From the NCBI GenBank assembly GCA_000320545.1, contig ADNK01001857.1, positions 21,707 through 85,706 of the forward strand: 64,000 bases of DNA, given 5' to 3'. Position 1 is the first letter of the stretch. Each line of letters opens with the position of its first letter. The position numbers were made by a program, and so were the translations under genes. A model generated the notes under the pieces. It was not told where the DNA came from. It was given only the letters and a program-made list of their open reading frames with translations, and did not search any database. Origin of the DNA: Bigelowiella natans CCMP2755 (Eukaryota; Protista; Cercozoa). Positions 13,723-26,961 of the stretch are shown in pieces.

Positions 13723-13844
13723 CACAATGTGTGTGCATGTGTGTGTTCTAGTCTATTTAATCATCATCATCATCATCATCATGACCATTATTATTATCTT
13801 ACATGCGGCACACACGCTGCAACAACATATGCAAATACAACTTA

Positions 13845-13877
<33 letters not shown>

Positions 13878-14839
13878 AACTCATGTTATATATCCAGGTA
13901 TGGCCGATGGTGGTGCTTGCTACAGCGACAGGATTTAGTGAGGTGTTCTTACTAAAGCTTCTTCTTCTTCTTCCTTATCTGTTTATTGTCTCGTTACGTC
14001 CTTGGACCTCCTCCCCCTCCTCCTTATCAGTCACCTGTACGTAGTAGTAGTAGTAGTAGTAGTAGTAGTGTTTTGGTAGAAGTAATAGTTGAAGTAGTAG
14101 TTGTTGTAGCGACTAAGGCTACTCTGAATAATAATAACTTGTAATGTTGGTGTTGCTGCTGCTAAGGCCACCCGTGATAATAACGTCTATATCATCATGG
14201 AGAAACTTACTCCTAAAGGAAATGAGGTGTATCATCACTACTGATAGACGACGACATACCAGTTCATCATGTCGTGCAACCACCTCTCACAACAATCACA
14301 ACAACCGCCATCTTCCATGTTACAACAACCATTGCCATGATATTCTTTATAATCACATTGATTCTGATTCATGTCATAATGGAAGATTCAATCTAGTCCT
14401 CTACTTTTGTATTTTTTACTTGTTCTTAGGGTTACTATGTTGCGCTCATTTCTAATGCAATGGCCGCGGCACAGGTGATTGAGTAGTAGTAGTGGTAGTA
14501 GTAGTAGTGGTAGTAGTAGTAGGAGAGACTATAACGCAGTTGGTAGCATGCTCCTTGCGTTTTCTTTAATAGTTTATTGTTTCACCTCTAATTAACAGAC
14601 AGCCCATAAATCATCATTACTATTATTATTATTGTTATCATTATGCACAGGTGACTATTGGAATCTTCTTTGGAAGAATCACAGAAAGATACCTAGATAA
14701 TGACATCAATAATGGCTTCTTTTATGCCTCGGTATTATTTATGCTACTGGTCTCTTTGCTACTACATGTTTCTAATTCAATTGCATGTACCAACAACAAT
14801 AAATTTAGGTTGTTTCGTGTGTATGGATCTCTCTGGTAA
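8474..14839 (+). CDS. SLC45/sucrose-proton symporter-like MFS transporter; many exons, boundaries only partly resolved
   Basis: GT-AG-bounded hydrophobic exons: VRAVFAIMCIG, SDRMGRKIPMVTAALF (MFS loop motif), VFSLLLPRINAYAGSK, VWPMVVLA, GYYVALISNAMAAAQ, VTIGIFFGRITERY. Large low-complexity central loop around 11450-12100. Confidence 0.7.
10065..10202. repeat. 46-bp minisatellite, 3 exact tandem copies, intronic
   Basis: CATTCTTTCTCTCAACAGAAGTTCTAGTAGTAGTAGACAATTTCAT at 10065, 10111 and 10157. Confidence 0.95.
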
Positions 14840-15199
14840 CACTATTAGAGATGAGTATGGGTTATATTCCCGAGATATATTCTTCTGATGATTAGTAAGT
14901 ACTACACCACATGGAGAATGATGTTCATCTGATTCAACTTTGAGTGGTGGATGAAGCAGCATCACGCCATCGTCGATGATCGTACATAAGTTAGTCTGTT
15001 GAAGCATATGAGCTATATCTCACGTTCTTTAAGCTGCCCCGAAATTATTGGACAAACTGAGTAGAAGAAGCAGAATTCATTGTTTTCTTGTTTAAAAAAG
15101 GCAGAAACCTGACACTTGCATCGGTTGTCTACATTAATATAAATTCAATCAGCTTTGCGCAAGTCATTATGGTCACCAAAATAAGCGTTTACCAACAAT

Positions 15200-16166
15200 C
15201 TTGGGCATCATACGATGCAGTGTAAATGCTAGTATTGCGTTCGTAGTCGTGTCGATGCAAAAAAAACGAAGCAGTGCGTATCGATCATGATTATTACGAG
15301 CACGTAGAAAATTCTTACACCTTAACGCAGTAGAAAGAAGTCGCAGCAAATCCAAGATCGCAACAATAAGTGTTAATTGCATGCGAAGAGTAGCAATAAT
15401 CGATGCTGTCTGCACACTGCAGCTAGCTACATGCATCATCATTGTGTGCCTGCCTAGCAACCTTGGCGACGGCATGGCCTAATATTGTTCGTTTCTCAAG
15501 TTGCTATTACGGCCGCCTAACAAGACGTCAACCGCCATCATGCTACATTTATCATATATGACACATCATAGCGCTTGCTAGTTTGTGCTAGCTACGACTA
15601 GGCTCCAAGTTTTCTAGTAACATGGTCGATGTGTGCTACTACACTGCTGCCATGCGCATTTAAGCTAAATCAACATGCTACAAATAAAATAGGCATCATT
15701 TAGACGGTTACATGTCTCTTTGTAACAGTGAATAGCATATTTGTACATGTATGTTGAATCTTTCGCCTCTCGCATCGAAAAATTCAATAATCTTATCAAA
15801 ATCACGAGGTATACAACAGTGATTATCATTGACTGGCCTCTCATGCGATGTAAGTAAGTGTCATGCAACAACAGATTCACTATGACTGCTAGCAAGAATA
15901 AAGAAACTTCTACTCGTGTTTCTGTCGCTTTAAATCATCACCACTTGGAGTGAACAGCAGGCTGCTTTCACGTATACTACGACAAATAGTCTTTGAGAAA
16001 CATCCTGATATGTAGACGTATATCCAGTCCTCGATCTAGGTAGACACATATTATTCAAAGGATGATTCCCAAATTTGTTTTGAGAATATTGCAATGATGC
16101 AATTACATGTTATACAGATGCAATAAATTGTATCATAGCCACGAGTATTTCACCAAAAGCCGTGTG

Positions 16167-16200
<34 letters not shown>
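15200..16200. other. RY-alternating intergenic block (convergent junction)
   Basis: Same word usage, between SLC45-like (+) and rhomboid (-). Confidence 0.6.
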
Positions 16201-16204
<4 letters not shown>

Positions 16205-16393
16205 ACTTCTTCATTACCAGAAGACGGAAGATAAGATACCCAACGGACATAATTAAAATGTATCTGATACAATACATTGAATACAATCTGTCGTAAATGC
16301 AATATTTACAAAATAGATTGGAACGTGTGTAAACGAAATCGTCGTCGTGTTCATCATCAGCATATTTCATCACACTATGATTATCAATCATCA

Positions 16394-16515
16394 TCACCTA
16401 GAAACAAGATTCTGAGGAGCACCATCTCCTGCTATGGGAGGTGATCCTGTGACAATCGCCTTCAAACTTTCAAGAACACCAGAGTAGACTACTTGTATTT
16501 GCCCCTCCCCCTCAA

Positions 16516-16550
<35 letters not shown>

Positions 16551-18716
16551 TTTTGGACAGCTCGCCATCCAAAAATCCTGATTTATGAGCGATACTCTTC
16601 TTCAGATATGCGGGTCATATATTTATGCTACTGCTGCTGCTGCTGCTATTCTATTTTTAAATAGGAAAACAATGATGATGGTGATGATGATTTGATAATT
16701 TGATGATTTGATGATGATTATGATGATTATGATGAAGATTGTGCTGCATGCAAGTTATGCATGTATGTATGTAGGTATTTATAGTTCTACACATGATTGA
16801 TGCTAGACGAAGAATAACGGGGGGGGGGGGACTGACATTAGATGTGTAAAAGCAGCCGCTATTCCCATTAAAGCACCTCCCAAATGACAGCTATGATCTG
16901 ATGCTCCAACTGAATATCCTAAGTTATAATAATGATAATCCATAACACCGACAACGACAAAACAGCAGCAGCATCGAGGACGAAGATGAGTACCAGTATT
17001 TCGCAACAACGCATGGAACGATGATCTATTGCGTGATAATAATGACTTGTATTGAAGTGCATTCTCACTTATTCCAGCAAGAAGAAGTCGACCACTACTA
17101 GTGATATTAATACTAATATATTCATTCAAATTGTTCGTTGTCCTCATATCATCATCATCATCATCATCATCATCATCGTCGTCGTCATATGATATAAGTA
17201 AAAGTGATCATAATTCATAGGAGGAGATTATTTTTGTTATGATGCCTACTAACATGCTACTTGATACAACCAAGTGCTAGGCTATCAAATGCTTTGAGGA
17301 ATGCGGTCTTTATCAGATACATGTACATCCTAGTGTGTCGTTAACGACGTAGGGAAAGGGAAAAGGAGAGGAGGAGGAGGAGGAGGAGGAGGAAGAAGAA
17401 GAAGAAGAAGAAGAAGAGGAGGACAGAAAAAGTACTCTGTGATGGTATGTACAAGCTCATTGGATTTATATGTGATATACATGTAGTAAATATATAGTAA
17501 TAGTAGTAGTAGTAGTGCAATTTGAAGAGCAGCACCAGTCAGTGTTGCTCAATCCTGATGATGAGAAATTAGCCTGTAGTAGAGGTAGTACCCCTACCAT
17601 CAGTATCGTTGACATCTGAATACCAAATGGAATTATCATTATCGAAACAACAACCCATAACCGATCATGATGATGATGATGATAATTGTGCATTTGGGTC
17701 CTCACATCAAGAAAAATGATAATGATGACAATTACAGTATTTAGAGTATCATTGTCATTCAACTATGCACAGCTTATCACATCACCAGGAATGGTCTTTT
17801 TATCGGTTTCTTGCGGGCAGATGCAGGATTTGAGGCAGCAGCATGAGTTTTTTTATCATCATCATGATCTTGAGCTGTTGGTGTTGCCCTTTTCTTCTTC
17901 TTCTTCTTCTCTGTTCCTTTGGAATGCACTTCTTTTGTTGTTTTTGTGCAGAGAGAATGAAGCAGGGAAGATGATGGAATACTTGCCACAACATCCAAAA
18001 TGCCATATCTATTGAATAATAAGAGTAAGGTAGGAGGAGGAAGGATGGGTACTGATGATATATACCTCGAATTTAAAGCAACAGGTAGCAACCAAACAAG
18101 CCACTGCCACACCTGTACAAATAGACGTGCTTTTTTTAATAACGATGTCATTCGTTGATAGAGGAGAAGCATTAACAGCAGCAGCAGCAGGAGGAGGAGG
18201 AGGAGGAGGAGGAGGAGGAGGAGGAAGAAGTAATAGTAGGTGATAGCACCCATGCTGGTATTCCGGCAGAATCTGCAACTCTGCCATTGCGACATTAAGA
18301 AGTAGCAGCAGTCGTCATCGTATTTATCCACCAAAGTCACGAGAGTCAAAATAAATCATAATTTCAATACAAAAGTATCGTTCAAGAATCTGTGCACTAC
18401 GACTATCATAATTGATTCTAAATATCAAATTGCATTCTTACTATCATTTCAGCATCATCATCATCATTTTAACCGCTGTATGTTGTCATTGCCAACTTCG
18501 GTTTTCCTCTCATTCATTAATCACCATCACCACCACCACCACCACCATCATCACCATCAGCAGCAGCATCAGCTAGTATTACTCACTCTATGGTACTATC
18601 GATTCTCCCCATTTGCCCACCTTCATCATCGTACTACGCTCTACTCTGCTGCTGCTGCTGCTGCTGGTGGTGGTGGTGGTACTACTACTACTACTACTAC
18701 TACTACCACTACTACG

Positions 18717-18750
<34 letters not shown>

Positions 18751-20174
18751 ACCTGTGATTGGGATATGCAGCAGCTGCGAAGAACATTATACCGTATGTG
18801 GATGGGCTCGAGCCACACGTGCTCATAAACTTGGTGGCTGTGAGAAGAAGTACGTTGGAGGACCGCTCATAAATAAAACAGAGATCACCCAAAACAGAAA
18901 TCTTATGCTGCTAAATTTGCTTACCCACATTCCAAAGTTCGGGGTTGAGGTTGTAGTTACGTCGATAAGTCATCATAAAACCCGCTGCCCCAGTGAGGAA
19001 ATATCTAAAATATTCATCCCAATATAACCATATGACATCGGGGCAGAAATTTCATATTGGTTCAGTAAAATTACATGAGATAAAGAAGAGCAACTGTCCT
19101 TGCGAGAGGTAATCCTGCGTTTCCTCCTCCCTCTCCCTGCCCTCCTTCTCCTCCTCCTGCATCATGTTGTGTTAAGAGACTCTCCAGCCCACCCATCACT
19201 GGTATCATCATTATCATATTGTTCACCTTCCACAACATACGATGGTACTACTCAATAATCTTATGATGATGATACTTTCTTTAAGATATGTTCTTCACCC
19301 ATCGTGCCGATGATGGTGTGTTACTTTTTTTTATCAATTTGGGGGGTTAAATTGATATTTGAGTGAAAAATGGTGGAGCAAATTAGATTTCTGGTTACTT
19401 CTTACCAGATGAGAGATGCTTCCATGTGCTAGACCGGCTGTTACGAAGACCTTGTAGATGTGGTCAGCAGTGGATGTGTGCAATTTGGGATCAAATCATG
19501 GGATCAAATCATCATTCAGTGAATGTACATCATAACAACAATAACACTAGTAGCAGGAGGAGGAGGCTAAAATTGTGCTCGCTACCCATGCTTTCCCGCT
19601 CTCCACTGCATCGCCAGAAAAGTGGATGTTTCCTGAATTCATTCTTTTCAAAAGGGGCAACGCAGAGACAAGCGTGGCTTTGTGTTGTTGCTTATTTGCC
19701 TCCATGAGGAAATAAGTGAGGAAATTGAGGAGGGCAAGTGGCAGCCAGGTTGCACAGCTATGATGATGATGTTGTTGTTGATGATGATGAAAATGGTGAT
19801 CATGATCTCCAGCAGCAGCTGCAGCAGCCGCACCATCATGATATTGGAGCATGATGATGCTGACCAGGCAGAAGGAGGCAGCTGTGAGTGAGATCATGAT
19901 CATCATAATCAATAATGCCGTTAATTTATTCATATTTTCATCTATGTTTATCTCATATTTCAAAAAAAGCCCTGCTTTACTTCTACTATCGGTGCGACAA
20001 GTATAGATTGGTTGTCGTTCCTATCATTAGCAGTCGTATAATAACAACAACAACAACAAAGCAGAAGACAACACAAATCCATCCATCCATAGAGGGTTGG
20101 AAGAAAGAACCATCTTGTGCGCAAACCCACTCCTTCCCCGCACTACATCTCTCTCTTTCTCTTTTCTCTTTCAC
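16394..20174 (-). CDS. Rhomboid-family intramembrane serine protease; termini approximate
   Basis: Spliced exons read AVESGKAW|VFVTAGLAHGSISHL|VNNMIMM...RTVALLYLI|YFLTGAAG...STCGSSPSTYGIMFF and ...SDHSCHLGGALMG. These match the rhomboid L1 loop, TM2 HxxxN, TM4 Ser and TM6 His motifs. Confidence 0.85.
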
Positions 20175-20419
20175 TCTCCTTCATCAAATAAGTCAATTTT
20201 TTCCAGCGATAAATTTTATGGCATAAAATTGCGGAGCAGTGGAGAATAGCAATCCAACGCCGCTGGGAAAACACCGCCAACAATTTCAACTACGTCACAA
20301 CTAGCAGTTCAAAGGAGCAAAGCTACAACTACGAACGGTGGTGCATATCGCTATAGTGCCATTCCTGCAACACCATTTTCCACATTCCTGGATAAAAAAC
20401 ATTGAAGAATACAGCAACA

Positions 20420-21254
20420 ATGTCATCAAGAGCTAACACGAACACGAAGCAACCTATCCAAGACGATCGTTCCAACTCTTCATCAGAGTATCGTTCGGAT
20501 GATGATTATGCATGGATTCCTTGGTACTGCTCTTTGGAGGGGAATGAGTTTTTTGCAGAAGTGGATGATCAATACGTCCAGGATGGATTTAATCTCACAG
20601 GATTGGGCCAGCAGGTGTGGAGAGACGGGGGGGGGATAAGATGAAGAACATATATAAAAATTAAATGAACGATATATATGGAAACAATGTGTGATATTAT
20701 CAACCAACTGACTTCCAGTTGCTATGTTCCAGGTTGTTTTCTACGATTGTGCCCTTGACATGATTCTCGATGTGGAGTCCTCTGATAATATTCTCGAAGA
20801 TGAGCAGCAAGAAATGGTAGAAAATGATGCTGAGACACTCTATGGTCTTATTCATGCCCGCTATATTTTAACAAATCGTGGTTTACACGCGATGCTTCAA
20901 AAATATCATAACTGCGACTTTGGAATATGTCCACGAGTACTTTGCAAAGGCCACCCTTTGCTTCCAAAAGGGATCTCAGATACTTTAAATGAAGAGTCGG
21001 TCAAGCTCTATTGTGCCAAATGCGGAAATATCTATAATTCAAAATATAGTCGTCATGATCATGTCGACGGGGCCTTCTTTGGTACCACTTTTCCAAGCCT
21101 TTTCTTCCTTACGTTCCCTGAGTTAATGCCTCAGGGAAGTAAGGACAAGTTTCAACCAAAAGTTTTTGGGTTTAAAGTCAGTAAGAATGCGTACAGCAAA
21201 TCTTTGGAAGCTAAAAAGAAGCAAACTGCATCTTCGTATGAACGCAAAAAGTAA
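20420..21254 (+). CDS. CKB: Casein kinase II regulatory (beta) subunit
   Basis: Exons 20420-20614 and 20733-21254. Motifs [49 protein letters not shown]...KLYCAKC zinc ribbon, [10 protein letters not shown]. Confidence 0.97.
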
Positions 21255-21289
21255 ACATGAAAATATAATCATATCTATCCGGCACCCCT

Positions 21290-22050
21290 CCACATCCATC
21301 TGACCATTGACCACACATGCACAATGTGCGTGTGGTGCACTGAGCGAGATGGACGCACTGCATGATGGTTCATATTTTTTCGTTGCACGATGCCATGCTG
21401 GCATGATTGCGATGCCTCTGACACATGGTGCTCGCGATGATCATGGCAATGGCAAGCAACAATCGCTACAAATAGACACAACTCGGATGGCGGCAACCAT
21501 GTGATCGACACAATCGACATCTCTAGATCTAGACTAGCGCATGCAGCTGTCATTGTCTCAAATGTCGATCATGCATGAATTAGTCTGGTGGTCTGAAGGT
21601 GAGCAAAATTCAGAATGACAATCATCAGATCGCATGCGAACAAAATGCAGGTGACAGCATCGATCTTCAGATCTTTTGCTGACAACTAGACAAGCAGCAG
21701 TTTGCGCAAGCAAGCTAGCAAGGCATGGAAATGGACAGGCGGGCACATGTTGTCATTGTTTGCACTCATTTGACCCCTGTCTAGATCTCAGCAGCAGCGA
21801 CTAGCAATGCTGGCAGATGCGAATGACCAAATGAGCATGTGTTCCGGCCTCACCTTCAGGACCTCACTAGCTAGCTAGTCGCGTGCTAAGTGCTAGAGTG
21901 CCCAGTTCAAGTTCTGGTGTTCTGGTCTGTCATGTGTGACGCTTGAAACTGACGTTGTTGCGTTGCATCGTCGCATCGTGAGAAATGAATCTTTCCAAGG
22001 TGCAGTCCACACACACTGCTACTGGCACAGGATGTGGATGCAACTGCCCA
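21290..22050. other. RY-alternating intergenic block downstream of CK2 beta
   Basis: Same word usage (e.g. CTAGCTAGCTAG, CATGCATG), but no annotated convergent partner gene. Confidence 0.65.
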
Positions 22051-23040
22051 GTTTCCTTCTGATCCCAACGACCAGACGAGCAAGCTGGCAAGATGCAAAT
22101 CGTGGCGAATCAAAGGAACAAGTGAAATGAGTGCAAGTGGGAGCAAGTTTCAGAGCAGGATGGAGAAGTTCGAGGGTTCCTTTGAGGAACGAACAAACGA
22201 ATGAGTGACGAAAGGAGTGATTTCGTTGGAGGTTGGAACGATCGTGGGATCGTGGGACACGCAGTCTAGCAGTGTTCGTCCATGTCCTCCTGATCAACTG
22301 CATCACCAAGAAGAAAGACAAATGTTCAAGGGTCAAGATTCGAGATTCGTGTTCATTCGACTTTCCAACAAGATGTGCTACTAGCACTGTTCAAGAACTT
22401 GTCGCACAATGAGTGAAGTCTACGTCAAAAAAAGAAGCAGCAAATTCCTAAAGAAAATAAAGATGTTATCCCAGTTTCCTAAGAGGAGAACGTAAGAATC
22501 ATGCTAAGAGGTATAACTATTGATCTAGAACAAAATATTTAGATATTTATTCGATATGTGTATTACATGCACATCATTACCTGCCAAGAAGAAAAAGAAG
22601 AAACCGGCTTTGATTCAATCGCGACACGCAAACAGAACGTCGCTCCATGCAAACCTGCAGAGATGTGATCTCCGATCGTTTGAGTGACGACGACGAGTTT
22701 CTTGCGCTACTTTCTGGTGAAAATCCCGTGCATTTATTGAACAGTTTCAACACCCCGGCGATATTGGAAGAAGACCAGTAGCAAAGTGTTCCGATACACC
22801 GATATTATTTAGATCCAAAGAGACAAGACGAAGTCCATAGAAGAGAGTTTGGATTGCTAAAGAGTTGTCTCATGGTACTAAATTTGAGGTATTTGGTAGT
22901 TGTAAGAGAGAGAACGTTTGACCTTGAAGAGAAAACAGCACACCTCTTCTGAGCACATTCCTACCAGAGTTGCTTACCCCCTCTGGATCCGCATTAAAAC
23001 TACTTCCTTTTGAACGACACACCGCCAACTACAACCAACG

Positions 23041-24336
23041 ATGCCTGGAGCGAGTGGACGCAAAAAGCGTGAAGATTTGATGGGACCTGAAGAGGATGAG
23101 GGGATGGATGATGGCTTCGACGGTCCTTCCATTTTTGCAATCGTAGAAGACGGAATGATTCTAAAATTTATCTGTATTAGCCCCATTGACCATGAAGGAA
23201 CAAATTGAACACAAAAGACAGGACATCCAAGATGATCTTGACGATACAAAAGATATGATTAACGAAGCGCAGGTATTTAAATTGCGTTATGCATGCAATT
23301 TTGGATTTTGAGCTTGCATCTGTGGAACAGTCGGTGGGAGCGGCTACCAATAAGAAACTCGCAATGCAAAATGAGCAGCTTCGAAAAGCAAATGATGATC
23401 TGGATGAAATCGACGGTAACAAATCTTGCTCTTCAGCAAAAACTACTTAGCCTTACAACACTGTTTCTAATCAGAGAATATGGATCAAGCCGATCATTCG
23501 CTGTCCAGAATGGAAATGTGCTGTCTATTTGCACTATGCTGCTGCTGTTGCCACCCGTAAGTGACTTTTATCCAATATTTTACCCATAGATATCAACTGT
23601 ATCTCTGATTTTGAATTTTCAGTGCTGGTCCTACCAAGAAGCAAAGGAAGGACGATCTCCCTGCGAGGGTATCATTATTATTGTTATTATTATTATCATT
23701 ATTTCCAACTGTGCATCTTCCCTCCTCTACTACTCGTGACACTCTTCCCCCTATCTCTTGCACTACTCGCATTTCGGTGCATACAAATAATTGAGAATTG
23801 AGGATTAATTTATGTGCTTTCATTTGTAATTAAAGCATGGACAAGTCGTGAAAACTAGGCAGCCGGGGAACAGACTTGATGAGAATGTATTATTAAAGCA
23901 TTTATCTGGATGATGGGCACAAACTAATAACTTTGCAATTTTACAGGAGGAAGGACTTGATGACGAAGAACGTCATGAACGGAGAGTAGCGAATAAACTC
24001 GATGATATCTCTGAAGGGCTCGATGTACTTAACGATCTTGCGAAGGTAAACACGTACAAAATGATCTAGAAAATTGCTCAGGTAGATAATTTTCAATTTC
24101 CAGGAACAAAACGAGCAGCTCAAAGAAACTAAGGAAATCAACGAAAAGCTCAGCGAGAAGATTGATGCCCAAAGGTATAATTCTAAAATAGGTCAGCGAT
24201 ATGTAGTATCCTGCAGTGAGTTCATTTTAAAAAAATCTTCCGAAATTTCCATGTAAGTGCTTCGATGTAATAAAATTCAATTTTTAGGGGAAGGATCAAA
24301 GCCTCTGATAAACGTGGTAAACAGCTCCTCCGTTAA
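23041..24336 (+). CDS. SNAP-25-family (Qbc) SNARE with a cysteine-rich linker
   Basis: About 9 short exons: MPGASGRKKREDLMG...; first SNARE helix TNKKLAMQNEQLRKANDDLDEIDENMDQADHSLSRM; linker EMCCLFALCCCCCHP; second helix ERRVANKLDDISEGLDVLNDLAKEQNEQLK...GRIKASDKRGKQLLR*. No TM anchor. Confidence 0.88.
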
Positions 24337-24439
24337 GAAATAGCAGTTCGAAGTTGCGAAATGATACCGGACAATACTTGGGATGAGACTAAGAAAGTTT
24401 GAAGCAACTAATTCATCCGGTTCTTATTTACAACATAAG

Positions 24440-25050
24440 ACATGTTACGTCCTTCCGCGTAAGCGTTGGGTTGCGACAATGTTCACCTTGACGGTATTAT
24501 CATGTAACTATAGCCCAGGCAGATGTTTTGCATAGCACTGTCCATCACGTGAATACGATACGTGCATCACTTTGACGTTCTTGCAATGTGATGCTTTGCA
24601 TGCGTGTGTGTTTGTGTGTCTCGCGTCTAGTTATCGGTTTGTGCGCACTACACATATCGATAGCTAGCTACGAATACGCGCATAGAGCTAAAGACGCTTG
24701 TCTCTATGCGTAGCAGCCAACAGCGCTATAATACAAGCGTTTGCTGTAGCCGTTACAGTATTGCAGTTAACGCAGCTACTTTTATTAGGATGATATGTGC
24801 AATTGAAAGAATTGAAACTTCGATCATCAGCACGCTCCTAGCTATATAGTATCTGTACGTACGTACGTCTAGAGCTAATCACGATCTCTAAAACTTCGTG
24901 TATAATATGTTGTGCCTTATGGATCGAACTAGTTGCATGATGCGTCGTATTGCTACGAATCATCACAGCAGTGATGACTCATGCAGGTATAATATGGATC
25001 ATTCGATCATAGAACTAGCGTAGCTATTATCGTGTACACTGCGGCTTTGG
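24440..25050. other. RY-alternating intergenic block (convergent junction)
   Basis: Includes GTACGTACGTACGT and TAGCTAGCTA; between SNAP-25-like (+) and MFS (-). Confidence 0.7.
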
Positions 25051-25227
25051 TCACCTTAATAGTGTTTACTCTATATTTCTTTCTTGTCCCACCTAATTTT
25101 GCATTGCATCATATCGTCACATTTTTTATGATGGGCTCTTACCGCGTCATGGCAATGGATTGAAAAACATAGAATAAGGAGCAGAAGCCACAAACATAAT
25201 GTTGTACTTGTACTACTACTACTACTA

Positions 25228-25545
25228 CTACCATGGGCTCGTCAGAGAGTAGGCTCCTATTGCTCCGATGCCACTGCCAAAACTAGTCAAGAGAATCAAA
25301 GTCTCGTAACTCAAGAAACCTGCGCTCAAACCTAAAGCATAAAAGAGTTATATCAGCATCTTTTGAGATAGTATTGTGGAGAAAATAAAAAGTAGTAACA
25401 ACTCGTTTCGCCACACTTCGACAATACAAAATATAATAATAATCATCATCATTATCATCATCATTCCCACCATACCCAGAGGGAGTCTATATAAGTATCT
25501 AGGAAATGAGCAATAACCTCTTATTGTTGAGATGCTTCATGGACC

Positions 25546-25591
<46 letters not shown>

Positions 25592-26206
25592 TCTCTCAAA
25601 TTGTACATTACCAATACATTACAAGACGAATATTGTTATTTTTACCGAGTTTCAGAAGAATTCCTGCAGCTGCGAATCCACTGAAAACGACACCATAGTT
25701 CTGACCAACATACTTTGTCCCGAAGATCTCTGCGGTTGCAGTGGGATAGAGGGGGAAGTTCGCACCTGCAGAGGGAGTAGTTGTAGTAGAAGAAATAGAT
25801 CAAATAATAGGAACATAAATTGATTGAGAAAGTTAGAAGAAAACGAATTAATCCAATGAATGGCAAGTAACTTCATGCAACCTAAATAAGCTGAGCATAC
25901 TTGCTGTTACCATCATCGTTGTATTATTACCATAATTTGCAATAGTTCCGCACACTACTAAGCAGTAGAGAATTGGGGATATTGTACTTGGGACGAAGAA
26001 CAAGACCATAAGTGCCTAATGAACGGTGATGAATTACAATAATAAGAGTGTGCAGCAAGAGTATAAGCACGATATTGCATCATAAAACTGAAACTGTATG
26101 ATCAAGACACACATGCAGCACAAGGTTTTATAGCGCTTTTCTTTGTAAATTATATATGTTGAACTTGATTCGTTTATATAAATGTATAGCCTTCACTACC
26201 AACACA

Positions 26207-26260
<54 letters not shown>

Positions 26261-26859
26261 GGGGGAAGGGGGGTATGAGAGAGGATGTGAGAGAGAACAT
26301 CAAATGATGATATAGTGACCTGCAGTGAAAAGCAAGCCACCATACTCATTTTAAATCCAATAGTGTCAGCTAAAGCTCCATAGAACAATCGTCCTGCTCC
26401 GTTAACAACTAGGGTAATACTGCCGATTATGGTCAAAGTGCGGTCAGTGAATCCGTGCTGATTTCCATATGTCTTGTAAGTTCCAATCACCAAAATGCCA
26501 GCCTAAGAACATACAACATTTATCAATACAATGTATAATAATCAAACTCCTGTATTATACAATGTGTAAGTTACAGATGAAGATTTTGAATTTCCTTGGG
26601 CTACTACAACTACAACAACACCATTGCTGCTATTGCTTAGTATTAATTTTAGATACTAATATTCCCAGATACAGTGTGGTAGTGTACCATTGTCGTGGCA
26701 GTCATCATAGCCCATAAAAGATATCCTCTTCCATCACAGAGAAAACCAGCAAGATCAACATCTTTGGACAGAGAAGGGTGCGGTTTCTGACGACGGCAAC
26801 AAGTACGATGTAAATATCATCAATCATCTTTTGTAAAGGTGTGCGCCCATCATCATCAC

Positions 26860-26892
<33 letters not shown>

Positions 26893-26927
26893 TTTTGCTT
26901 TCGCTGCGTCGTATGATACCACCACCG

Positions 26928-26961
<34 letters not shown>

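Larger units (their letters stand above)
8320..20170. repeat. Microsatellite-dense region: (CAT)n, (CTA)n, (CAG)n, (CAA)n, (GT)n, (AT)n, (GA)n
   Basis: Dozens of di- and trinucleotide tracts, mostly intronic, across the SLC45-like and rhomboid genes. Confidence 0.95.

Noticed and set aside
22595-22615. AGAAACCGGCTT resembling the RNase P/MRP conserved region V
   Set aside because: No matching conserved region I or P4 partner seen upstream; too short to support.
23011-23013. General reassignment of TGA to a sense codon
   Set aside because: TGA ends the well-conserved PITH gene (5704-5706); TAA and TAG end other genes.
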